Origin: Chitinophagales bacterium
GTDB lineage: Bacteria > Bacteroidota > Bacteroidia > Chitinophagales > JADIYW01
Assembly: GCA_965216955.1 (NCBI GenBank)
Contig: CBDCGV010000017.1
Coordinates: 12,764-76,763 of the forward strand
DNA length: 64,000 bases
Direction: 5' to 3'
Of this stretch, positions 55,570 through 64,000 are shown one piece after another. How positions within the stretch are numbered: the stretch's first letter is position 1; every line of letters starts with the position of its first letter. The position numbers were made by a program, and so were the translations under genes. Under the pieces are notes generated by a model. The model saw nothing but the letters and a program-made list of their open reading frames with translations, searched no databases and was not told the origin of the DNA.

Positions 55570-56847
55570 CTATTTAAAATCATTCATTGACCTTCCCATA
55601 AAGGGGAGAATACATCTAAATCCGATATATGATTTAGCAGAATCTTGGTATTCCCAATGTCTTGTACCTGTTTGTAAGAAATATCCAATATCCTTCCAAG
55701 ACCCTCCACGAATAACTTTTCTCTTAAGCACAGCAGGGTCATCTTCTTTAGCATCATATCTAATATCAGGGTTTTTATCATGCATGAAAGAATATGAATT
55801 CTCATAAAATGCAGTCAGTGTCCATTCTGCAACATTGCCTGCCATATTATATAAGCCATAATCATTTGGCCAGTAAGACTGTGCTTTTACAGTATAAAAT
55901 CCACCGTCTTCAGGATAATTACCTCTTCCTGGTTTAAAGTTAGCAAGTAAGCATCCTTTTGAATTTCTTAAGTAAGGTCCTCCCCAAGGGTATGGAGACA
56001 ATTGTCTACCTCCTCTGGCAGCATATTCCCATTCATGCTCAGAAGGTAATCTAAACTCTTCCATCATTGCCTCCCCATTGCTCCTCCTATAGTTATTCCA
56101 ATATTGGGTTCTCCAATAAGAGAAAGCGTTTGCCTGCTCCCAATTCACTCCAACAACTGGATAATCATCGTATGCAGGGTGGGAAAAATAAGCTCTTGTC
56201 ATCGGCTCATTATAAGAATACGTAAAGTCTCTAATCCAAACCAATGTGTCAGGAATAATTCCAACTTCCTTTTTCTCTATAAAGTCACTTCTTGATCTTT
56301 CTGGATTTCTATTTTTTACAGCTTCTCTCCATTTATACCAAGCATACTCGTACTTCAGATTTCTATTATCCATCTCTCTATTCCCATATAACTTGTCTTC
56401 TCCTTGATAAAAAAGGCTTTCTAATGCTTGTCCATCATCACTACCTGCAGACCAATCAATAGGCATATCCCAATTAATTACTTGAGTTCCATCTTCATTT
56501 TCAATTAAATGGTCTCCACCAATCATTTTATGTGCGATAGAGTCTCTAACCCACTGAACAAACTGGCGATATTCGTTATTAGTGATTTCCGTCTCATCCA
56601 TATAAAAACCAACAATGGAAATTGCTTTATTCTTAGAAATCAATGCATAATTCACATCCTGATCTGATGGTCCAGTGTGAAAAGTTCCTGAAGGAACATA
56701 AACCATTCCATAAGGAACAATGTTACTATTCCAAGCAGGCCTATTCTGTACCCCTGTCAATTGTCCATTATCTCCAGTCTTACACCCCCCTAAGAAAATT
56801 AGAGTTAAGAGTGCCAGACCATTTTTTAATAGTTTATTCACTTTCAT
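55570..56847 (-). CDS. gldK: gliding motility / T9SS lipoprotein GldK (PorK), FGE-sulfatase fold
   Basis: 425 aa with lipobox FLGGC. SUMF1/FGE-like region (LPSEHEWEYAARGG, GNVAEW, RGGSW). Confidence 0.9.
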   Translation of the reverse strand: MKVNKLLKNGLALLTLIFLGGCKTGDNGQLTGVQNRPAWNSNIVPYGMVYVPSGTFHTGPSDQDVNYALISKNKAISIVGFYMDETEITNNEYRQFVQWVRDSIAHKMIGGDHLIENEDGTQVINWDMPIDWSAGSDDGQALESLFYQGEDKLYGNREMDNRNLKYEYAWYKWREAVKNRNPERSRSDFIEKKEVGIIPDTLVWIRDFTYSYNEPMTRAYFSHPAYDDYPVVGVNWEQANAFSYWRTQYWNNYRRSNGEAMMEEFRLPSEHEWEYAARGGRQLSPYPWGGPYLRNSKGCLLANFKPGRGNYPEDGGFYTVKAQSYWPNDYGLYNMAGNVAEWTLTAFYENSYSFMHDKNPDIRYDAKEDDPAVLKRKVIRGGSWKDIGYFLQTGTRHWEYQDSAKSYIGFRCILPFMGRSMNDFK

Positions 56848-56942
56848 ATTTTTCGCCAGTTTAAAAGGACTTCAAAAATAAAAATAAAATGACATAATAA
56901 GAAAACTATTTTTTCTTATACATCTTTCTGAAATTCAATACT

Positions 56943-57932
56943 TTATAAAAAACGCGGATTATATATGACTTTTCCGCCTTTAAAAAACCTGCTTTCTGGT
57001 ATTTCATATTTAAATGAAATTTCATGCGTCCCAGATGTTGAGTTTCTCAAACTATTTAAACTTATTTCATAAGAATAATAAAAATTCATGCTTTTTAACG
57101 GTTGAAAGCCGATTACAGGTATTAACGCATCAATTGAAGAACTATTGTATCCTCTAAAAGAAATTCCTGCATCAAACCAGTCATTGTAATTAAATAATGC
57201 ATGCAATTGCATTTGAGACTTCTTAAAGTCTGTATTTAAATCTAGCATGGGAGTTATAGCCAGTTTCCTATTAATATCTATCTTATATGATGTTGTTAAA
57301 TTCAATGATCTGCCATTTGAGGTTTCTAGACCTACCTCTTCTCCATCAAATCTAAGTGGCAAATCAGTAAGATTAATAACTGCAACTCCTACTTCTAACC
57401 CCTTTCCTTTTAAAAAGAACCCCAAATCAATCCCAAAGCCAAAGCTCCCTTGTTTTTCTGCTAATAAATTGGGATCGTTTGGCAAACCATCATTTGAAGA
57501 TGGAGTTGTTAACTTACTACCGTCTAAAGAAGCTTGTCTTAAAGCAATTCCCAATCCCGAGCTAAGGCTAAAATTATTTCCTATTTTTTGAAGAAAAGCA
57601 TACTGGAGTTTAAACGTCGTTGATCTAAAAGCTCCAACAAACTCATTAAAAAGTACGAACCCAACACCACTTTTAATTCTTGATATTGTTAAATCTGCAG
57701 CTATAAGTTGTTCCTGAGGGGCTCCTTCAATCCCAATCCATTGCCCTCTATAATTTGCAAATAAAGAAAGACCATTATTACTCCCCACTTCTGCCGGATT
57801 AAAAAATGCATTATTAACAAAATTATGTGTCGTTTCTCTTTGAAATTGAGCATGACCATTCATGCAAAGCAGCAGTCCTGCTGTAAGCAGATACCACATG
57901 CTACGTACTTGTATGTATTGAATAAACGCCAA
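56943..57932 (-). CDS. T9SS membrane protein PorP/SprF family
   Basis: About 320 aa beta-barrel-like protein with N-terminal AQFQRE...NPAEVG and a C-terminal aromatic residue, directly upstream of gldK. The likely true start is the ATG at 57899. Confidence 0.7.
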   Translation of the reverse strand: MAFIQYIQVRSMWYLLTAGLLLCMNGHAQFQRETTHNFVNNAFFNPAEVGSNNGLSLFANYRGQWIGIEGAPQEQLIAADLTISRIKSGVGFVLFNEFVGAFRSTTFKLQYAFLQKIGNNFSLSSGLGIALRQASLDGSKLTTPSSNDGLPNDPNLLAEKQGSFGFGIDLGFFLKGKGLEVGVAVINLTDLPLRFDGEEVGLETSNGRSLNLTTSYKIDINRKLAITPMLDLNTDFKKSQMQLHALFNYNDWFDAGISFRGYNSSSIDALIPVIGFQPLKSMNFYYSYEISLNSLRNSTSGTHEISFKYEIPESRFFKGGKVIYNPRFL

Positions 57933-57990
57933 ACTATTAAACTAACGATTTAGTTTAGGTGAAATTTTAAATTTGAAAAGATAAATTATA

Positions 57991-58809
57991 TTACCTTTTA
58001 TTTGATTGCTTAAGGTATTTTTTTATGGCCATTGTCATAGAAGGAGTATCTACATCAGGCGCTTTAACATCTAACCTTAACCCATTCTCTTCCAAAGCCT
58101 TGGCAGTATTTTTCCCCCAAGCTGCAATTCTAGTTTCCTCTTGCTTAAAATCAGGAAAGTTTTTATATAAAGATTCTACTCCAGATGGGCTAAAGAAAAC
58201 GATCATGTCATATTTTATATCACTTAAATCGGACAAGTCGCTTACTACTGTCCTATATAAAATCGCTTCAGAGAAATCGATTTCATTTTCCGTTAAGAGT
58301 TTTGATAACCGTTCATTTCTAACATCTGAACAAGGTAGAAGATATTTATGATCCCCTTTGTGCTTATTAATAAGCTCAACTAATTTTGGATATTTCCCAT
58401 CGCCAAAAAATATCTTTCTCTTTCTATATTGAATGTACTTTTGAAGATATAAAGCAATGGCCTCACTTAAGCAATAGTATTTATTTGACTCAGGAATTTT
58501 ATATCTCAATTCCTCTGCTACTCTAAAGTAATTATCAATTGCATTTCTACTAGTCAACACAATAGATCTATATTCATTAAGATATACTCTTGTCCTCCTA
58601 AATTCTTTTCCAGGAACTCCCTCAACATGAATAAAAGGTCTAAAATCCACCTTTATTTTATAATCTTCAGCTATCGCAAAGTATTGAGACCTGCTATTTT
58701 CAGGTTTCGGTTGAGAGACCAATATAGATTTTATCTTTTTCAATGATTTAACTGTTGCACTTCCTCCACTCATAAATTTAAATTTTACTGTTCTTGTGCA
58801 TTTTTTCAA
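57991..58809 (-). CDS. uroporphyrinogen-III synthase (HemD)-like protein
   Basis: 272 aa. SILVSQPKPENSRSQYFAIAEDYKIKVDFRPFIHVEG matches the Bacteroidota HemD-like family pattern. The start may be the internal Met at 58773. Confidence 0.65.
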   Translation of the reverse strand: MKKCTRTVKFKFMSGGSATVKSLKKIKSILVSQPKPENSRSQYFAIAEDYKIKVDFRPFIHVEGVPGKEFRRTRVYLNEYRSIVLTSRNAIDNYFRVAEELRYKIPESNKYYCLSEAIALYLQKYIQYRKRKIFFGDGKYPKLVELINKHKGDHKYLLPCSDVRNERLSKLLTENEIDFSEAILYRTVVSDLSDLSDIKYDMIVFFSPSGVESLYKNFPDFKQEETRIAAWGKNTAKALEENGLRLDVKAPDVDTPSMTMAIKKYLKQSNKR

Positions 58810-58825
58810 ATTAATTCCCTAAAAA

Positions 58826-59761
58826 TTAAGTCCTTAAATAATAGACAAGCATTAATACAGGCATCAATTCGAAACTGCAAAGATAAATAAAAAATAAAAC
58901 AGATATCTTACCATTGACAAGAGAAAAGCATTTATGGCTTCGATATACAAAATATAATGAGCTTAAAAAAGCTATTAAAAGAGCCATAGGCAATACAATT
59001 TTTTGTGCTGCTTGAGATGCCAAAAAAGAAATTAATGCAACAATTCCCATTAATCCAATCAACCAATAAAAGCACAATCTTAAAAAAGCCAAGGCCCTAA
59101 AAAGTTTCAAATTACCAGATGACCATGCTAGTAAATAGGTGATAGACAACTTAATAATCCAATAAGCATTTAGCAGTAGTAAGATTTTTCCAAACAGGCC
59201 AAGTCTTAGTTTAAGTTCATCACTTAAAATAGATCTTTCTAAAAAAAGATAGGAAGCTATTCCTGTTACAACAACTATCGTAACCAAAATAACAAGTGAA
59301 GGTATTAATGGGATTAACTGTTTTTCTCTTAAGGTTTGTGTTAAAAGGTTATGATTAAAAAAGCTATTCCATAAAGATTGCGTGTAATTTTGGAAATTAG
59401 CCCAGATAAAAAAATTAATGACCATTAAGACAAACAATAAGGTTATAAAAAAGTCTGATAGATTTTTTTTCCTCGTCTGAATTTCAAAAGAGCCAGAAAC
59501 TTCTTCAGGCTCTATGAATAAATCCTCGTTGGTCGTAGTTGTAATGTCTTCATAGATAGTTATTTCTGATGAATCTGAACTTGAAGCTCCATTGATAAGC
59601 ATAGATTCACTAATACTATCTGTGTTTGCACTCAAATAACTAAAATGAGCTATTAAAAAAAAGGAAAATAGAAATGGTTTACTAGAAAATATTAATATAT
59701 CCAAAATGAATTTTAGAGTTCTTGGGGTCGATGGATATATTTTCTTGTCTTCCCATTGCAT
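58826..59761 (-). CDS. DUF4271-like multi-pass membrane protein
   Basis: 311 aa ORF with about 6 TM segments in the C-terminal two thirds, in the position next to the HemD-like gene seen in Bacteroidota. The first about 80 nt overlap the upstream gene, so the real start is probably the TTG near 59704. Confidence 0.5.
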   Translation of the reverse strand: MQWEDKKIYPSTPRTLKFILDILIFSSKPFLFSFFLIAHFSYLSANTDSISESMLINGASSSDSSEITIYEDITTTTNEDLFIEPEEVSGSFEIQTRKKNLSDFFITLLFVLMVINFFIWANFQNYTQSLWNSFFNHNLLTQTLREKQLIPLIPSLVILVTIVVVTGIASYLFLERSILSDELKLRLGLFGKILLLLNAYWIIKLSITYLLAWSSGNLKLFRALAFLRLCFYWLIGLMGIVALISFLASQAAQKIVLPMALLIAFLSSLYFVYRSHKCFSLVNGKISVLFFIYLCSFELMPVLMLVYYLRT

Positions 59762-61445
59762 AACTTACACCAAATATTCCTGCTTTTGTTTCAAATGTCA
59801 TACCCGCACCAAAGCCAAAGGGAAAGTCATGAGAGACATTCCCACTTGTTCTTGACTCCTTAAATGCAGCGTCAAAAAAAGTATAAAAATAGGCATTTTT
59901 ATCCAGCAAAAATCTATATTCTAATGTAGCCACATTATAAGTCGATGCTAAAACAGACTCTTCATCAAATCCTCTTAAAAGATTTGTTCCTCCAATTCTA
60001 AAAAGTTCGTTTTTCAATAGGTCCTTGTTTATTAGAGACGCCCCCACTATAGATGTTTTTAAAACCTGACGCTTACCTAAAGAGAAATATTTTGCAATTT
60101 CCCAGCTCAACTCTCCCTTAATACTTCGGGTTGAAATGCTATCATATAAACTTTCGAACGAAAAATCACCTTCCGATAAAGAAGTAATTGAGCTATTCTG
60201 CTTAATTTTTTTTGTTCCCATTGCACCAGAGATCTCTATAAAAAATCCATTAGTTGGGTTATATGGATAGTTTAGTTGATCCATTTTTAATTTTAGTCCA
60301 TACAAAACAGATGATTGATCTAATGTTGTCGGCAACGTTTTTTCGATTCTTACACTTCCTGTATCAACATTTAAAACTATGGTCCGATCATTCTTAACAA
60401 AAAGTGCCACTTTGTTTTGTGCATCTATTAAATAATTGATGCCTACCTTCCAAGTCAAGTCTAAAAAAAGGGTGTCTCTTTTGTCCAATTCAAATGCTAT
60501 ATCTGCACCAATGGGAGATCCTACTATGTATGGATAATCAAAAAACAAATCTAACTTTTGGGAACGCGGTTGTAATCTACTCCATTGAAAAGAAATTCGT
60601 TTACCTGTTCCAAAAGGATTTCTTAAATCCAAAGCCGCTTGTCCAGTAATTAAAAGCTTTTTGGTTTCTTGATTATTAGGCAAAACTCCAATTAAAAAAT
60701 CGAAACGACTTATTTTTTTGTTTTTTAAATATACCTCCGTAACAGATTTGTCATGTTTGTAGTATGTTTTACTTGGTTCTTCCAATTCTAGAAAAGGAAG
60801 TTTCTTTAATGCTACATCTAAATTATTCAATTTGCTTTCACTGTATGGAGCATTAGGTTTTATACCAGTATAAGCTTGTAAATACCTTTGAAATATTTTT
60901 GCCTCCAATCTGTTCTCCAGTGTATCGAAAAGAATAATTGGCCCTTTTTTACCACTGAGTTTTATGCTAAAAGAATCATTTTCAATTTTGACTGCATCAA
61001 AAAAAAGTACTGCAAAAGGATATCCATTGTTTTCCAAATTTGAAAGCGTTTTTTCTTTTATTCTTTCAATATCTTCGTAATGAAACCGTTGCTTTCTATT
61101 TCTTTCCAAGGGACTATAAAAAGGTTGTAACGCTTCATCTACCGATATATCTTTTAAAAAGTATCTTTTGCCAATATATAAATAGGCTTTCACCCTTTCC
61201 TCACTCCATAAAACGCTATCTATAGATGCAGATGCAAATCCATCTGTATATAGCTTTGACAAAAATGCTTTTAAAAAAACATTGATTTCCTCTTTATCTA
61301 TTTCCTTGGTAGTAAAATCGTATTTAGAAAGTTCTTTTCTATGCTCTAAAGGAATTACATCTAATAACATTTTATCTTGTGCTAAAAGACTTGTTTTAAA
61401 AAATAAAAACAAACAAATGATATGTATGATAACCTTAAAATTCAT
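59682..61445 (-). CDS. Omp85/BamA-TamA-family outer membrane protein (POTRA + beta-barrel)
   Basis: 587 aa with a signal peptide, POTRA-like N-terminal region, alternating beta-strand pattern, and a C-terminal ...HFGYINIF ending in Phe. Confidence 0.6.
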   Translation of the reverse strand: MNFKVIIHIICLFLFFKTSLLAQDKMLLDVIPLEHRKELSKYDFTTKEIDKEEINVFLKAFLSKLYTDGFASASIDSVLWSEERVKAYLYIGKRYFLKDISVDEALQPFYSPLERNRKQRFHYEDIERIKEKTLSNLENNGYPFAVLFFDAVKIENDSFSIKLSGKKGPIILFDTLENRLEAKIFQRYLQAYTGIKPNAPYSESKLNNLDVALKKLPFLELEEPSKTYYKHDKSVTEVYLKNKKISRFDFLIGVLPNNQETKKLLITGQAALDLRNPFGTGKRISFQWSRLQPRSQKLDLFFDYPYIVGSPIGADIAFELDKRDTLFLDLTWKVGINYLIDAQNKVALFVKNDRTIVLNVDTGSVRIEKTLPTTLDQSSVLYGLKLKMDQLNYPYNPTNGFFIEISGAMGTKKIKQNSSITSLSEGDFSFESLYDSISTRSIKGELSWEIAKYFSLGKRQVLKTSIVGASLINKDLLKNELFRIGGTNLLRGFDEESVLASTYNVATLEYRFLLDKNAYFYTFFDAAFKESRTSGNVSHDFPFGFGAGMTFETKAGIFGVSYAMGRQENISIDPKNSKIHFGYINIF

Positions 61446-61502
61446 CTTTTAATTAAAAAAACATTTAAACTACTTCAATAACTTCATTTTTAGAAAATAA
61501 TT

Positions 61503-62720
61503 ATGGCAGGACTTTATATTCATATTCCTTTTTGTAAGCAAGCCTGCTCCTATTGCAACTTTCATTTTTCTACTTTTTTGAAACTAAAACCTTTAATTAT
61601 TGAAGCCATAAAAGGTGAAATATTACTTCAAAAGAATTTTTTCAAAGGAAAACCAACAATTGAAACCATTTACTTTGGAGGAGGGACTCCCTCTTTGCTC
61701 TCTATAAAAGAAATCAATAGTGTTTTAGATGTCATCATTAAACATTTTTCCCTTTCAAAAGAAATGGAAGTCACTTTTGAAGCAAATCCTGAGAACTTAA
61801 CAAGTCCATATCTAAAAGACCTATTAAACAATACACTCATAAATAGATTAAGTATTGGAGTACAATCTTTTTTTAATGAAGATTTAGATTTCATGAATCG
61901 AAGTCATAACGGACAGGAGGCTTATAAAGCGATCAAAGAAGCTCAAAACGTTGGATTTGCAAATATCACTTGTGATTTAATTTATGGAACGCCAACTTTA
62001 CCTAATCAAAATTGGGAATACAATTTAAACACCATGATTGATTTAGACATCCTTCATTTATCATGTTACGGTCTCACAGCAGAGCCAAATACGGCTTTAA
62101 CAAAAAATATTGCTAAAGGGAAGATCGCCCCTTTAAAAGATGAGAATATGGCTACTCAGTTTGAAATAATGATTTCAATGCTCCAAAATGCTGCCTATGA
62201 ACACTATGAGATTTCGAATTTTGCAAGAAAAAAAATGTATTCTAAACACAATACTTCTTATTGGTTTAATGCCCCTTACCTAGGCGTCGGTCCAGGAGCG
62301 CACTCATACAATGGTTTAATGCGATTTTGGAATGTTTCGAACAACTCAAAATATATAGCTCAGATACAATCTGGTTGCTTCAATCCCCAAAAAGAAAAGC
62401 TTTCCGAAAAAAATAGTTTTAATGAATATATCATGACCAGAATTAGAACTATGTGGGGGATTCATTTAGATGAAGTTGAAAACCTGTTTGGAAGTAAAAG
62501 AAGTGCGTTTCTATATAAAGCCCTAAAATCTATAAAGCGTGAATGGGTTCAGCATGAAAACGACACTATAAAGTTGACTTCAGAAGGAAAACTATTTAGC
62601 GATTTTGATTACTCAGCAATTAATGCTTCTATAGGTGACTTGCAAAAAAACCAAGCATTGCTTTATAAAACTCAATTCTATTTTCTTCATTTGCAAAACC
62701 ATGCCCTTCATCATACTTAA
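61503..62720 (+). CDS. hemW: radical SAM heme chaperone HemW / oxygen-independent coproporphyrinogen oxidase-like protein; 3' end probably artefactually extended
   Basis: GLYIHIPFCKQACSYCNFHF is the radical SAM CxxxCxxC motif. The last about 35 codons overlap the convergent peptidase gene. An alternative frame after the T4 run at 62604-62607 ends ...GKLFSDLITQQLMLL*. Confidence 0.8.
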   Translation: MAGLYIHIPFCKQACSYCNFHFSTFLKLKPLIIEAIKGEILLQKNFFKGKPTIETIYFGGGTPSLLSIKEINSVLDVIIKHFSLSKEMEVTFEANPENLTSPYLKDLLNNTLINRLSIGVQSFFNEDLDFMNRSHNGQEAYKAIKEAQNVGFANITCDLIYGTPTLPNQNWEYNLNTMIDLDILHLSCYGLTAEPNTALTKNIAKGKIAPLKDENMATQFEIMISMLQNAAYEHYEISNFARKKMYSKHNTSYWFNAPYLGVGPGAHSYNGLMRFWNVSNNSKYIAQIQSGCFNPQKEKLSEKNSFNEYIMTRIRTMWGIHLDEVENLFGSKRSAFLYKALKSIKREWVQHENDTIKLTSEGKLFSDFDYSAINASIGDLQKNQALLYKTQFYFLHLQNHALHHT

Positions 62721-64000
62721 CCATATAAGGAACGTCTATTCCTCTACTTCTTAATTTCTCAACAATTTGATCAGATTCATCGATATTTACACGAACATCA
62801 TTAGCACCTTGAACAACAAATAATGGGCACTTAATTCTGTCTACAAAGTTTACAGGAGAAGCCTCTGCCATTAAAACACTATCTTCTTTGGGATCTCCCA
62901 CCATTTCATACATTATTTTCTTATAAGGTTCCCAGTAAGGTGGAATTGTATTCATGAAGGTATGCAAGTTAGACACTCCTACATAATCTACTGCGCAAGC
63001 ATATAGTTCTGGTGTAAATGTAATTCCAGAAAGCGTGGCATATCCCCCATAGCTTCCACCATAAATAGCAACTCTATCTGGATCAGCAATTCCTTTTTCA
63101 ATCAACCATTTTACACCATCTGTTATATCATTTTGCATTTTTCTTCCCCATTCCTTAAAAGAGGCTTCCCAAAACCTTTTTCCATAACCTGTTGACCCTC
63201 TATAATTCATTTGTAAAACGGCATAACCTCTATCAGCCAAAATTTGATTCGACGGATTAAACCCCCATTCGTCACGCACCCAAGGGCCCCCATGGGGATG
63301 TATAACTACAGGCAAATTTTTAGCCCTTACACCTTTAGGTAGGGTAAGGTATCCATGAATTGTAAGTCCATCTCTGGAGGTATACGTTATAGGCTTCTGA
63401 TCTGCCATTTCTTCCTCGTTAATCCATGGGCTAATGTCAACTAACTTCGTCAACTCATCGGTTTCTTTACTATAGAAATAATAGCCTCCTCTCGATCTAT
63501 CCGAATAGGTTCTTACTAGGAATCGATCCTCATTTCTATTGGAGCTAGATATATTAATTTCATAATTGGGCAATTCCTCTTGAATTCTTCTATAAATGGC
63601 TTCTACCTCTGAATCAAAAAAATGTCGTTTGGGTTTATCCATATTATAGTAAGCATAAGTAGTTACCTTTCTTTTTCTAGAGTAATCGAGCTCTTCAATA
63701 TCAACATCAGGATTCTGATAAAGCACCTCTGTTTCTTTCTTTGCTTCCAAATCAAACTTTACAACGGCGACCTTATCTCTATTTAAGTTAGAAATTGCAT
63801 AAATGACATTTTGATTGTCAAAATCAAAAACATTGGGTTGACATCTGTTTTAAAATTAGTTGTGATGGACTCTTTAAATGGTTCCTCTTCTGTATCTCTA
63901 TAAAGAATCCTTTGATTTACTCCTTCTACCACCTGAACCGCTAATCTTAATTTTCCACTATGGTCTGTTCTCCATCTTATTATCGGATTTTCTGGATCTT
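62629..64000 (-). pseudogene. S9 family serine peptidase (prolyl oligopeptidase/dipeptidyl aminopeptidase type), frameshifted; N-terminus beyond the window end
   Basis: The C-terminal catalytic domain carries GGSYGG (nucleophile Ser), D and H (DEGHGF). Upstream sequence 63751-64000 continues the beta-propeller in another frame (...TNFKTDVNPMFFDFDNQNVIYAISNLNRDKVAVVKFDLEAKKE) if one base is added at the A5 run 63826-63830. Confidence 0.7.

Noticed and set aside
57247-58351. 114-aa and 108-aa ORFs antisense to the porP/sprF and HemD-like genes; similar cases at 30737..31072 and 54354..54662
   Set aside because: They are contained in better-supported genes on the opposite strand, with no motifs or plausible starts.

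Overview
AT-rich (roughly one-third G+C by eye), gene-dense chromosomal segment that looks like a Bacteroidota (Flavobacteriia-like) genome. That assignment is an inference from the gldK-gldL-gldM-gldN gliding/T9SS core preceded by a porP/sprF gene, T9SS type A and type B C-terminal sorting domains, TAnnTTTG-type -7 promoter boxes, and Bacteroidota-typical small families (DUF4834, DUF4271, AtpZ). Most of the window is housekeeping: sucA-sucB-lpdA, rpsT, a sulfite reductase/siroheme/cysH operon, oxyR-ahpC, carB, type II glutamine synthetase, ruvC, greA, rsmA, pdxA, yceD-rpmF, efp-accB-accC, PBP1A, uvrC and hemW. I found no rRNA, tRNA, CRISPR array, transposase, integrase or recognisable defence system. 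The most interesting signal is not in the ORF track. A 20-codon ORF (14196->14134, minus strand) encodes MGEKYQITTCCCCCFTTIAG with five consecutive Cys codons. A strong hairpin+U6 terminator follows it, directly upstream of the sulfite-reductase/siroheme/APS-reductase operon. This has the layout of a leader-peptide transcription attenuator that senses cysteine supply. Second, every gene disruption I can see is a single-base indel in a short A/T homopolymer, and five of them fall within 15.98-17.81 kb (ahpD x2, DinB-like, nucleotidyltransferase x2). That pattern means either local assembly error or a patch of real gene decay. Other items worth a look: a complete GDP-D-glycero-alpha-D-manno-heptose pathway with a three-domain fusion carrying an extra uridine-kinase-like domain; an M23 peptidase-bactofilin-AtpZ cluster with no atp operon nearby; a PorW/SprE-like lipoprotein with a long K/E-rich insert; a YHYH-MORN-SCO exported trio; and a signal-peptide-plus-CTD-only T9SS mini-protein. 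All functional calls come from reading motifs by eye. No database search or folding calculation was run.
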